DNA of 63,682 nucleotides, the filler included, from Hyphochytrium catenoides (lineage: Eukaryota > Protista > Hyphochytriomycota): NCBI GenBank assembly GCA_900088475.1. It is 9 parts of 9 records of this genome, joined end to end, with 100 filler letters (N's around TTAATTAATTAA, not from the genome) between each part and the next. Parts side by side here need not be neighbours in the genome. Positions count along the whole stretch, not along the records: positions 7,994 to 16,148 come from FLMG01001701.1; positions 16,249 to 41,723 come from FLMG01002813.1; 7 more parts are not named here. One strand, given 5' to 3'. Positions within the stretch are counted from its first letter, which is position 1. Each line of letters starts with the position of its first letter. Shown in pieces: positions 12,335 to 24,652 of this stretch. Position numbers and translations under genes: made by a program. Below the pieces are notes generated by a model, which was not told the DNA's origin, did not search any database, and was given only the letters and a program-made list of their open reading frames with translations.

Positions 12335-14029
12335 GCGCGATGGGCCTTCTTATAGTGGTTGACTTAAGTGGCGTCTCCACCTAACCGCCGTGAGGCTCAG
12401 TTCCCCTCCTGCCATCTTCCTCCTCTTCTCCGTGGCGCTTCTCGATAGAGGTGGCATGCGCTCCTCAAAAGCTGGCATTTCAACCTTCCGCTGCTCCCTA
12501 GCACCTGTAGACAGAATGCAGCGAGCTAAGGACTATGACAGTACTGACAAGATGAGAGTTATAAGAAGTGTTACGACTCTCTTTCTCCCGTGGGGCAATA
12601 CCGAGGCCTTCAAAGGAGATATGTGGCAGGAATCAGCTTGCCCTGCTGGACGAAGGCATAAACATTTGTCCATTAACATCGCTAACAAGAGATACGGCCA
12701 AATGCTAGGTCCAATCATCTCCTCATCATTGATTCCGTCTCTGAGTCTTTTGGTTAGTCTTCCTCTTGGCTCCTCGAGCACCAATGTTTCTGATGTAGTG
12801 CCAACCCCATTCACTCAATCAAACTTAAAATGAGGATGCAATTATGGAATGTTCAGTCAGCCTTTCCTAGTGCAGACTGCCTATTGCATTGAAGCCACTC
12901 ATTGAGTTTATGTAGCAGTTGGCGATGACGGTTGTTAGCACTGTCAATGTTCTTTAATAAAGTACATCCTCATAATCTTTCCGTGACAAGGAAGAGAGCT
13001 TTCCTTATCTCCCACTCGAAACTGATCTCAGGCTGGAGATGATGACGTACTACTATTGTAGGTCAGGTATTAGGATAACGTCAGAACAGCAAGAGAAAAG
13101 CACGGTAGACACTGAAACGTAGCTGGTGGATTATAATCGTACGAGGAAGAGGGGAAGGCGAAAGGCGAAGAGAGCCACCACCTAGTTAGAAGGCCCGCGG
13201 CAACACTTTTTCCTATAACTTTGACCTTAAAGAAGACTCTTCTTCTCGCCCCAATCCTCCATAGCTGAAGCTTAGGCACCAGGTTCGTCTTTGCTAAGCA
13301 CGTATTACATTGATAATCTCCTCATGTACTGTCATGTTTCCGTTCATCTGCAGCGTCAGAATGTCCTGCTGATGCTGGCCAAGAGATTGCCCGTAATGCC
13401 AGGTTCTGTTTCTGCTATTCAAAAGAACCAGCTTGGAGCTGCGATGATAGGGAGTCGGTCATGTTTGGTATAACAGCCATCGGCATAGCTGTAGAAAGAA
13501 CTAGTTTTTATGTTCTATTATCCTCCATTGGAGCCACAAGGGGCTTATAAGGAGTGCATCTGATACAGCTTCACTGAATGCTAGCAGCAGCGAAGAACTT
13601 GAATGCACTGGATGGAACTATGAAGCATAAAAGAGCTATAGTATCAACATTTTCTATACTCGATATTGTGTTTTGTTGGAGTTTCTATCCAACTTATGAA
13701 GCTTTGGATAAGAAAGGTGACGCGCGCCGGGGGTCTTCTGGCAGGTGGTGGACGACTTTGCGCCACCAGCCTTGGCTTTGGAGCACCAATGCTGCTCCAA
13801 AGAGTCTAACACACACTTAGAGTATCTGCATACTACCATTGCAACCAAGCCTCTCTTCTAGTGTACAACGTTTCCTCTTCTCTTGTCTTTTTTCTTCCTC
13901 TTTATTATTGTTTGATGAAGAAAAGAAATCATTTTATAAGAATTGATAGGGATGATAGCTACTACTAACCTTACTATAAGTAAGAAGAAGTAGAAGAAGA
14001 AGATGAAGAAAGGAGAAGAAGAAGAAGGA

Positions 14030-14061
<32 letters not shown>

Positions 14062-15298
14062 AAGCGAAGAGAAGAAGAGAAGAGAAGAAAAGAAAAGCTA
14101 CAACGCCTTGGTTTCGACCTCCGCTCGATCGCCTCCACGCTCACCATCATTAGTAAAGAAAGAATCATAGTTGATCTCCTCAGTAATATTAACGGGAGAC
14201 GAAGAAGGGGGAGGTGAAATACCAACCACAATGTCATCACCATCAAGCTCGACCGCCGCGAGGAAAGCAACAAGCGTAAGGGTCCAACTGCTCAAGAGGA
14301 ATACGCTTCAGAATCTGAAGCGCATTTTCTTCATGAATCGCCATAGAGACCTCTCGTATGAAGGCGTGAAGCCATGGCCAAGCGGGACTATTGACCAAGA
14401 TGCTGCGAACCAAGAAGCATCAACAAGAAGAAGAGCAGAGCGGTCACCACACAGGCAGATGTCCTACACCGCAATCATCAAGGACGCCCTGCATCGCTCC
14501 CCCAAACGACTCCCAAACTAGCGGGACAACTTGCAGCCCTACAGCCTTACAAGGATACTCATTGGACTGCTGCACAAGGAAGGGGCTCGAGATGGCAGCG
14601 AGTCCGTAACAGACACATCAAAGGACATATTTATTATATTTTGCTGATACGATATTCTTTCCTCTCCTGCCTTTCTCACGCCAACGCCTCCCGAAACTAG
14701 AGCATAAGAGCCACTACGTTCGACTTTTATATCTAGTGTTGACTCTGTCTACTGCATTTGACCCTAGGAATTATGTGTCATGGCCATCTCATCCAACTCT
14801 GGCTCCAAGTGGGATACCAAAAAGAGTAGCCCACATTGCCCCTAACCTTCTCACTGATCTCACCCTATTTCTCCTGTCGAGCCACTAGAGAGGAGGTAAC
14901 CTACTTATCGAAATTAGTAGGCTCTCCGCTCGGTCTCACGATATTTACTGAGAATGATTGCCTAGGATCCGAAATCCGTCATCTCACAGAAGCTGAGGAA
15001 ATAAATCTCGGGCTGTTCTGTCTCTTCAGTGTCTCTTCTCATGGAAGCGGAGGAAGCCCAAATAAGATCAATGTGATAATCTCTAATTGGATCTCTTTGG
15101 GTGATAATTGTACCTAGAAGATTGAGATAACTAAGAATTTGTCACTACCGTTTTATCGCTGGTTATCGAATTGAATTGAACTCACAAAAGATCAAAGAAG
15201 CCCCTCTTCCTTCTGTGTATTCTTCTTCGTCCCCTCTACGTAGTTCTAGTCCTCTCGTGGTTGCCTCCGCACCCTTTCGTAAAACTCTTGCCCTTTCT

Positions 15299-15341
<43 letters not shown>

Positions 15342-15935
15342 CCCCCTTCCTCCTTTTCTTTCTTCTATCGCTTTACGTCTTCGAGTCTTATCCTCCCTCA
15401 ATCTTCCAGGCCCCTCCACTTCCCTCTCCTACTACATCCCTGCCATCAACATCTATCTCTCTGATCAGTTCTTCTCGGTCTCTCTCCTGCCTGCCCTTCT
15501 CTTTCAGTCTTTCTTCTCTCTTTCACCCCGCCAGGAAGCTCTTTTGGTCGGCGTAGCAACGCTGTGGCCTCTCCTTTTAGGGACTTCTTCTTGCTTCTTC
15601 TCTCCGCCTCATCGAGGGAGGACGCAGGCGCAGGAGGTTCTTCACCTTTTATCTGCGTCGTTTCTTCTTGTCTGCTCGCTCAGCCTTGACCATCTATACC
15701 AGGCTAAAACGTGCCGTATATTGTCAGATATCGTAAGGTGGCGCTCTTCTGTAGCAGAGCATATGGTCCTAGGGACAAGGTCTGCTGCCCCTGCAGCTCG
15801 GTGAACTAGCTTTACATTACATCGTGCAGCAGCAACCACCAGAGCCTCAAACTCATGGATAAACTAAGGCTTGGCGCAGGTCGGTCAGGGAGGAAAGCAG
15901 GCTTTTCAGGCAAACAGGCTCTGTCAAAGAAGCAC

Positions 15936-16095
15936 ATGCGTGGAAGGGCATGCTTCGTTTTACTTCTGCTGCTGCTGGGCTTGGCAGAGGTCCATGGCGG
16001 GTGCGTGAAGAGCTGTAGCGGTCACGGCAGATGCAGGGCCCAAGATATGCGCTGTGTCTGCGAGCCACAGTGGATGGGTCCTGACTGCTCGGAAC
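15936..16095 (+). CDS. First exon of a secreted EGF-like (tenascin/mastigoneme-type) repeat protein, truncated by the gap
   Basis: Signal peptide MRGRACFVLLLLLLGLAEVHG, then CVKSCSGHGRC..CVCEPQWMGPDCSE, then donor GTAAG. Confidence 0.75.
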
Positions 16096-17156
16096 GTAAG
16101 GATGAGCTCTTTCTATCTTCTCCCTGGGCTATGGTCGCTCTCTTTACCNNNNNNNNNNNNNNNNNNNNNNNNNNNNNNNNNNNNNNNNNNNNTTAATTAA
16201 TTAANNNNNNNNNNNNNNNNNNNNNNNNNNNNNNNNNNNNNNNNNNNNTAGACCTAGAGAGCCCAGCCCAGTGTCTTGAATGTGGGGCAGGAAGGCTTGA
16301 TACTGTCGGGGTCCCAGCAGGGACGTGCTTGTAATAAAAGTAAACAGCGGTGGACCGTAACGGATGTGGTCAACTCAAGTCCTGAGAAGCCACCTTCAAT
16401 AGCGCTTACGGACTCTTTATAGGAGAGGAGGATGAGAGAGGAGGAAGATAAGAGAGGAACGGCGGCCGCCTTCGCCCTAGAAGAAGAGGAAAGCACTTAT
16501 TAGACAACAGTAGCTGGTCTCAAGCACTAGTGGTGGTGCCACTTTTATTTCGAAGATAGTAGCTTGCCTTTGAATAAACCAGGGGACCAACCTTCCCCTC
16601 CTGGTCTTTCACCTAGAAGATTCAGGAAAAGGAGCTCATTCAAGGGCCCCTTCCTTTTCTCTTTAACGCCGTACCGAGGTCCACTGTTCAGAAATCATCT
16701 CCTTCCCCGCCACAATGTTCTCTTAGGGGCTCCCTCCTCCAAAGCCGCCATCTGGAGTCCTACTCTCTGTTTCCCGCTCTGACTGTCTCTGTTCTGCAAC
16801 ACCATTGTTAGTCCACCCATCGCAGAGGCATTTCTGGACTTGAACGCTCGCCCGACCCATTGCTTAAGCAACATCGATCCGATACCCGCAGCCATCGTGA
16901 AAGAGCCTCTGCTCAAGGCTTTCACACCTTAAAAAGAGGCCTGAAGTAAAGTACGGTCTCTGATAAAGGTCGTCGAACAGGAAGGCTAGCAAGGGATTAC
17001 GCTTAGTAGCTAAGCGGCAAGAGAAAGCAGCTTTGACAACAACATTGACCAACCGAGCGTCGACCTCTCGAAGGCAAGAGTCGAGGGTCTTTTGGCGCAA
17101 CAGCCCAGCAGTTGCTAAAACTGCAGGTCACTACTTTTGCACGCGTTAGCAGCAGG

Positions 17157-19146
17157 ATGTCTCTTCTTCTATCCGCAGTCCCTCCTCCTCAACCTTGCAC
17201 CGATAATAGAGGTTTAAGTTTGAAAAGACGGCTACTGGGCGCTGTGCTGTCGATTATTTTCTCGACACTCGTTTGTCTACTGCCGGCGGCATCATCGCTT
17301 CCTCTTTCTTCCCTTGTCGGACAGCAGCCGAGTGCGGCGTTTCAAGATTGGGATAACACTCCCACTGATAGTGGTCGACCATCTGTAGGCGGTGAACGGA
17401 CAGAACAAACCTTGAGCCGCATATGGCAGTTAGCGCTATTATTTGGTTCAAAGGATCCTGACATCCTCAGACAAGAGGAAAAAATCTCGAATGACATGAC
17501 AACTGGCTTTGCAGACGCGAGTGGTTCATCCTCCAGTGGGCCCACTACGTCTACCCTAAGCGAATCCTCATCATCTTCCCAGTCATCATCTTCTCCAGGT
17601 GGCTCAACGAGTGGGAGTGCAGCGGCCGAAGAGGAGGAGGATATCTACCCTGCAGCTGACTCAACAATCCAGAAAACCTTCATCGCCATAGCGTACACTA
17701 ACCTCGTAATCTCTTTCCTAGCTTCCACCGTCACCTCTATCTTGGTGTACCTTCGAAGAGACAAGTTCCCTCTTTATGTTCTAAACGTGAAGGCACTTCT
17801 GCTCAACGAGATAACCATCCCCTTTACCGTTTGGGCCTGGAGCTTGAGTTACGTCAGCCCGGACGCCTTCTGCTGGTTCCAGCTTCTCTTTTGGGCCACT
17901 GGGCTCTTTCCCACAGTATCTTTCTTGCTTTTCTCCGTCGTCAAGCTTTACCTGGATCACAAGGTAAACACCGATAAGGTGGATAACCCGACTAGCTGGG
18001 CATGTCGACTCTATCCCATCTTACGCAGACCAGTGGTCTCTATCCCTCTCCTTGTCATCATCTGGATGGAGAGTTGGATCTCTATTATTCCGCGGGCTAT
18101 TCGACAATTGCCATATTGGGGAGATGCCGTCTGGACCGACGGCTGTAATCAGTACACGGACTTCGATGTAGGTGCTTGCCGCCGCACTTCTTACTAGAGA
18201 GAAGGTAGTTAGTAGTGTGTACTGACATCATGATGCTCCTTTCCCCTGTCACCAACTTGCTCTGCAGAACTTCGCCGATATCGTCAACTATGCGATTTAC
18301 ACGGGCCTTACCGTTCTGTCAGCCATTTTCCTCCTGAGAACTGTCCAAGAGGCCTTTCATCTGAAGCCGAAGCTCATCTCGGCATGCTTGACCCTTTGCC
18401 TCACGTTGCAGTTCTACTATGTCGTCCTTTATACGTATGACTACTTTGAAGATCCCAAGGTCTGGGCCATAGTCCAAAGTATCTCCTCCCTCTCTTGCGC
18501 CATCGCTATGCATCTCTACACCTGGCTCGTCCCCATTTCCATACTTCTGGATTCCTACCGGTACGAACAGGGGGAGAAGAGGCTCAACACAGTCACAGCG
18601 GGTCAGGTCAAAATCTTTGGAGTAGGTGCATCTAGCAGCACTGCCCTCAGTCGTGTTAGCGGTCCAGCTCAGCTGTGGGACGTTTTATATAAAGAAGCGG
18701 ACCAGGCCTTTCTGGACCGCTTTCAGACATACCTCATTAAGGAGTTTGCCGTGGAGAACATGCTCTACCTTCGAGCATCCATGGACTTACATCGAGCACA
18801 GACAGAGGAGCAGAAGCAGAGGCTCGCGAAGGAGATTCAACAAAACTACTTGCAGAGCGGAACTCCAAGAGAAATCAACATTGCGGACGACCTCAGGAGA
18901 GATCTGATCAAGATGGTAGAGGAGGGCCATGGGGCACAGACTGACTTATGGGAAAAGGTTGACCGCGAGGTTTGTGCAATGTTGGTTGATTCTTATAATC
19001 GCTTTATGAGAAGCTCTATAGTGGTGCCACTAAGCGGCGCTGGTGCCGGCGCAGGAGAAGACAAGCAAGGTGATCATGGCTTGAAGAGACAGTGCATGAG
19101 TATAGTGAAGACCAGCCGTAAGGACAAGCAAGTGACCCCCAGTTAG
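17157..19146 (+). CDS. 7TM-RGS protein (seven-transmembrane domain plus C-terminal RGS domain), about 629 aa, exons 17157-18167 and 18268-19146
   Basis: A 100-nt phase-0 intron joins the two long ORFs. Seven hydrophobic segments are followed by RGS motifs FQTYLIKEFAVENMLY, IQQNYLQSGTPREINI and LVDSYNRF. Confidence 0.88.
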
Positions 19147-21293
19147 GTGGTTACTTGACGCTAACTGAGTGTTGAAGAAGGTCGTGATGATAATTGATGC
19201 ATATTAAAACCTTATCGCCACTCTTCTTATGATTATCAACGTATTATCAACGTATAAAGAGGACCAGGCACTGCTACCTACGTGTGGCGCGGGATGAAGC
19301 TGATGATGACGATAGGGAACATGACCGGATTGGAGAACCTCTGATGACGAATACTACTGACAATAACTACTTACGACTTGCTAACGTGTGCTTCCATCTG
19401 TAGAGGTTCAAATAATAGGGGAGAAGAAGGAGGACGGGCTAGGTACTTTGAAGAAAAGAACCTTGATGACAATAATGTCAAGAAGAAGGTGGAGGAATGG
19501 GATGGGGAGGGGAAGAAGGAAGAAGAGGAAGATCAAAGATGATAAAAAAAGCAAGGACAGTTCTGTTGGCTGGTGAAGAAGGTTTATATGGAGCGACGAA
19601 CCAGCAGCACGGGGAAAGATTATTGAACAAGAGCCTGCAGCACGACAACCAAGGACGGACCGCTGCGCGCATCCATCCTGCAGCAGTCAAGAGTGTTACA
19701 TGTGAGGGTAGTGCGAAAGGCCCCGCAGTCAATCATCAACTCCTCCCATGCTATCTCGTGCTGTTGCTGACCGACTATGATGCATGGATGATCTTGTTGA
19801 TGGGGCGCGGGCATAAAGTCTGACGTCAACCGTAGTAGTTATCAAAGACTAAACGACAGTATAAAAGTAAGGGTGCATCTTCGCCTCATGACTCGTTCCT
19901 AGCCTCCTGGTACAAGTACCTCGTAGATAGATAGAGCTTCACCAGTAGTGACGGAGATCAGCAATCGATCATAACAGGCGGCGGCGTCTGTCTGTCGTAC
20001 GTCATCGCCAATCGCACTAATCTTCATTCTTTTCGGCTGCCACATAGCGCGGCAGACTTTGTGGAGGTGGCGCCCTCAGAGACTGTGATGACGAACATAC
20101 CGCCTTGTTATTCCTTATATCTACACCATTATCTTACGTTATTCTTGATAATCAATTACTGACCCTCCGAAGAGCGCTGTACAACAAACTGCCTCACATT
20201 TGCCCTGTCCATGCGACATTCCCCTCCCCTCCTTCCTTCCCCTTTCCTTTCTCGGGACTGCTTGCTGTGCTTTTTGTTCGTTCTCCTTGAGGGTTTTCGT
20301 GTCTCTTTTTTATTCTGGGGAGCCAAGAAGATCTTTGTGTCTCTCTCCTCCTTTCCTCCATTCTACAGCCTACAATTTCCGTTACTCTGTCTTTGTCCCC
20401 CTCTATCAAGAATAATGGACCTTGAACCTTGAACTTTCTTCTTTTGTATCTTCCTCTCCGTCACTCTCTGTACAGCACTTCCCTGTGTCTGTCTGTCTGA
20501 TGTCGAGGAAGAGTCGCCCTTCCTAGTCGTAGGACAGGCACAGAGAGAGAGAAGTGAGACACAAGAGAGAATGAGAAGAGACAGAGCAGCCAGCAGGGAG
20601 AGGAAAGGCGTGAAAGAGACAGAGACAGAGAAAGGGAGAGACAGAGAAGGCACACACGCATTGGACAGCCAGAGACGAGGTCGGCGAAGAGACGTTTTGA
20701 GAAGAAAGGAAAGAGAAGACGGGACAACGGCTGCGGCGAGGCGGCGGGGCAGGGATGAGGGTAAAGAAGGTCTATAAAGCTACTGTCAGGCGCACTGGAG
20801 TCTATGGCCCCTGTATGATTGGAGGAAGCGTCATTGTGGTGTGTCATGCCGGCAGTCCCTCGCAGCAAACATTCACTCATTCTCCTGCCTCCTTGTCACA
20901 TTGTCCAGTGGCGCCAAGCAGAATCATTGACAAGTAGCCTTGAGAGAAGAGAGTGAGGTGATCTGCGCCGTGAGCCTGCTGGAATGCTGAGGCGTGTCGC
21001 CCTCTGTCTCTGCGGACAGAGCTTAACCCCTTACAGCCAAGACATTGTTTGCTCTTGTCCAGTCTCATTCGTCGTCTAATTGAATTATCACAACCTTGTC
21101 TCACTGATTGTGAGAGAGGAGACGGTAGCATTGTCAGGGAGAACCAAAGCCAACCAGTCCCTAGTTCGCACGGCGTGGTCCTCCTCACTTAGAAAGTAGG
21201 AATACCAGAGAACTTCGCAGACGACATTATTCTCACCGATCTTTGGTGTAAATAAGAAAAGATTTCGCTCTGATCAGTCGCTGAATAAGAAGC

Positions 21294-22772
21294 ATGGGTC
21301 CCTGGCAAAGTGAGGGAGATATCCAGGAGGCGGAAGGGATAGTAGCTCAGCGAGAGCAGGTCAGCAGCTACCACGCTTCTTCCGCTTTAAGGGAGGATGT
21401 ACAGACAGAAGAGATCTCGCCCATCGAAGGGCCAAAACCACCGCCGATCAAGGGTATTGACACCCTGAGCGATGCTCTGCAGAGCCTTCCAGAGGATCGA
21501 AGGCAAGCAGTTGAGCGGCTCTTTGCCATTTCAGAGAACCACTCGAATTGCGCTGTGCCGCTTGCACTCCGGGGAAAAGTAGCACGGTGGTTTGGAGACG
21601 ACCTAGAGGAAAGGGAAGAGACTGTGAAGCGCATTGAGACACAACGCATTGTCAGAGTGACGAACAAATTCACCCAGGAGAGCGCGCTGTTTAACCCACT
21701 GAGAGCAAAAAGGCCAAACGGAAAAAGTGCCTCGCAGGGCCAGAATCCGTCTGGAGGGGCCTCACGCTCTATCGAAAGCGACAACTCGGGAAAAGAAGAT
21801 GGTTCTGCGTTCAGCACCTATAAAGAGAGGAGGCTGCAGCAGAGAGACTGTGACTTTTGCAAGCCCCTGGACTCCACCTGTGCAGATTCTTGGGGGCGGG
21901 TGGAGACAGATCTTTTCGTTACCGCGTCAAACATTGCCAAGGCAGACGCCTATCACGGTCTACTCATTTTCAAGGACTGCCATGAGCCACTGGACTTTCT
22001 TCAAAACGCTAGCTATATGCGTACGTTCTTAGGGACTTTCAAGCAGTGGGTTAGAAGAACGATGATGCATGCAGCAATGCCCAAGCGGAGATCAATGGGT
22101 AAAAAGAGGAGGAGAGGAGAGGATGCCTTGCGATTTCCCAGCTGGCCAGATATTCTTCCTGTTCTCCTCTGGAATTGCGCACCCAAAGCTGGCGCTTCTC
22201 AAGTCCACTGCCACGCTCAGACCTTTGTCTTCACAGAGAAGTTCGGCCGCCTAGCAGTGAAAGCCAGGGCAGAAGAAGCATGGCAGTTAGCTTATGGCTC
22301 AGATTACATCGATAGTATGGTAAACGCTCACGCCGTTTTGGGACTCGCTCATTGGTTCGAGGAAACCGAGGTCATTCTGATAAGCAGTCTGACACCAAGC
22401 AAGGAAAAGGAGTTGACTGTAGTCGCGAGGGTCCCAGATCCGTTAGGTGACAACCTTCTCCTTGAGAGGTTTGGAGAAGCTCTGCACTTCTGCCTCCAGT
22501 TCCTTGTAGATCGGCATGGTGTCTCAGCCTTCAATATGGCCATAGAACTGCCCTGGACGGAAGGGAGACCCGAGACGAAGGAGGGTTCTTCTCCTTTCAT
22601 CATCGCCAGGATCATTGATCGAGGTCCGCCTTCTTTACCAGCAGATTTTGCGTCGGCTGAGATCTTTGTGGCTCCTGTCGTATCATCAGACCCTTTCCTG
22701 TTGCATCATTCACTTCTGGAGCATGCGGCCTGCAGAGAGGTGACTCTGACTCCTGCTTATGGGGGCCCATAG
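21294..22772 (+). CDS. Galactose-1-phosphate uridylyltransferase-like (HIT superfamily, GalT branch) protein, intronless, 492 aa
   Basis: FNPLRAKRP, CDFC zinc motif, and WNCAPKAGASQVHCHAQ carrying the HxHxQ signature. Confidence 0.8.
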   Translation: MGPWQSEGDIQEAEGIVAQREQVSSYHASSALREDVQTEEISPIEGPKPPPIKGIDTLSDALQSLPEDRRQAVERLFAISENHSNCAVPLALRGKVARWFGDDLEEREETVKRIETQRIVRVTNKFTQESALFNPLRAKRPNGKSASQGQNPSGGASRSIESDNSGKEDGSAFSTYKERRLQQRDCDFCKPLDSTCADSWGRVETDLFVTASNIAKADAYHGLLIFKDCHEPLDFLQNASYMRTFLGTFKQWVRRTMMHAAMPKRRSMGKKRRRGEDALRFPSWPDILPVLLWNCAPKAGASQVHCHAQTFVFTEKFGRLAVKARAEEAWQLAYGSDYIDSMVNAHAVLGLAHWFEETEVILISSLTPSKEKELTVVARVPDPLGDNLLLERFGEALHFCLQFLVDRHGVSAFNMAIELPWTEGRPETKEGSSPFIIARIIDRGPPSLPADFASAEIFVAPVVSSDPFLLHHSLLEHAACREVTLTPAYGGP

Positions 22773-24652
22773 AAGAAGTCCAAAGTCGACTTCTAAGCCA
22801 TCATTGACAACTAAACTTCTGTAATATATAATGCACTGCTTGACAACTTCCTGGCTGAAGAGATCAAGATGTCTCAACATTGAACTCTAGGGTTGCCACG
22901 ATTAACAAGTTCCTGGATGAAGAAAGGATTGCTAGTTCTCAGCAAGCTACCGTCACAGCTTCAAAGCAGCACAATATACGAAACCTATCGACTAACAGCC
23001 TCTCACAGACCCTCATACTTCATGTCTTGTCATGCGACTTCGCTCTTTCTATAGGTGTGTACCCTTCCATATCTCCTTTGCGCTCAGCGTCCCTCATCTT
23101 TATTGTATGTTTGTCTTTCAGCTTGTCCTGCACGATGAAGATTGCTGCGTCATAGAGGAAAGAGAGAAAGTAGCGTAGACCAAACAAGGCAGCGGAAAAT
23201 GAGAGCTGACAAAGGAGGAGGAGATGAAGCGGTAGACGAAGCAAGAGCTAGATCTTTAGGCTTTCGCTTCCCTTAATGTTGAATAAAAGTCTAGCCCTTC
23301 ACCAGTAGTAAATGAGAGTTTTTAATCCCTTGACCAATACGAGACAATGGGAAGACAGAGAAAAGGTGGTGGAAGACTGTCGTAGGAATAGGCAAGAAGA
23401 ACACGCGTAGGAGTCTGCTCTGCCAGACACAGGTCCCGTTCTCAGTTCTGGCAGCTATAGACCGACCATGTCTGACTTCTCCCGCCCGCGCATTAGTCCT
23501 GTCGGAGAGACCTCGCTTTTCTCCACAGATCAAGTGATACAGAACCCAGCCCCATCGCAGCTCCCTGGATTCCACTGCACGCACGCTTCAAAAGTCCTTA
23601 GGCTTCCCTCTCTCATTAGCTCGTCAGCCAAAGCTCCGATGATGCCTCGCCGCGCAGCCTCTGCTGCTGCTGCCGCCCAGTGCTAAGAGACTTCAAAGGG
23701 TTCACTAAGAGAACGACGAGTCATCGCTCCACTTCTCTGTCTCTCTCGTGTCGTTCTGTCTCATACTTGTCATTGACAGGAAAGCCTCAGAGCCGCTAAC
23801 GGCGCTAACGGTTCGTGTTGTGGTGTTGTGATGGCAAAAATCCGTTTCGCAGCCGACCGCCCTGCGAGGTGTGTCACTCCCTACACTATCCTCGAGAAGA
23901 TAACTGCCATACCTTTAGGCGGTGGGTCGTGTTGGTCAAGTAAAATCTTCGTGCCGTTTCGGTTTTTCTTCCCTATTTTTTCTCATCAGCTTCTGGGTCT
24001 GGACTTGAAGATGCTAAGAGGGAGACAGACAGAGAAGAATGGATGGAGACAGAGCGCCAGGGATGCCGCTGGTAGCCAGGAAAGGGAGCAGAGAGACATA
24101 GGACAGACAGAGCAAGGCCCTGAGGGATATTGAACGGGAAACTGAGATGTCGGAGGACGGGAGAGAGAGGCGAGGAAGTGAAGATGCACCTGGTGCGTGC
24201 GTAAGGCGAAGCGGTCCAAGGCCGAATGCTGACCCACATGAGCTCAGGCTTCATCTTCACTTGTCCCTTCGTGGTACACGAGGCTCACTGTATAGCAGGT
24301 AAACAGGATGTCAAGAAGCCCAGGAGGTTGACACTTGTGCGGAAGACACTGTCACATCCGGCGCAGTTTAGTCTCTCTCCTCCACAATCAATGGCTTTGA
24401 AGTAACCTTAGGGGCTTCTCAACCTTTGTATTCGAGCGCGTTGGGCCCAGACCCAGGCTCTAGGGGTTTACTCCTTTCATCCAGAAGCTACTGAAAGCTA
24501 GGAGGCCCTAAGGCTGCAAGCGAGGTGCAGCCTGTTAGAGCCTTCTGTCATTGCTGTCATGCCCTGAGATTGAGAAAAGACAGAGACAGGCATCAACCAG
24601 GCAGACAGACAGATCAGAAACATTGTGAAAGACAGAGTTACTATTAGCACAG

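Noticed and set aside
14440-14530. Forkhead/winged-helix-like MSYTAIIKDALHRSPKRL
   Set aside because: It is immediately followed by an in-frame stop and has no further conserved motifs; at best a decayed fragment.
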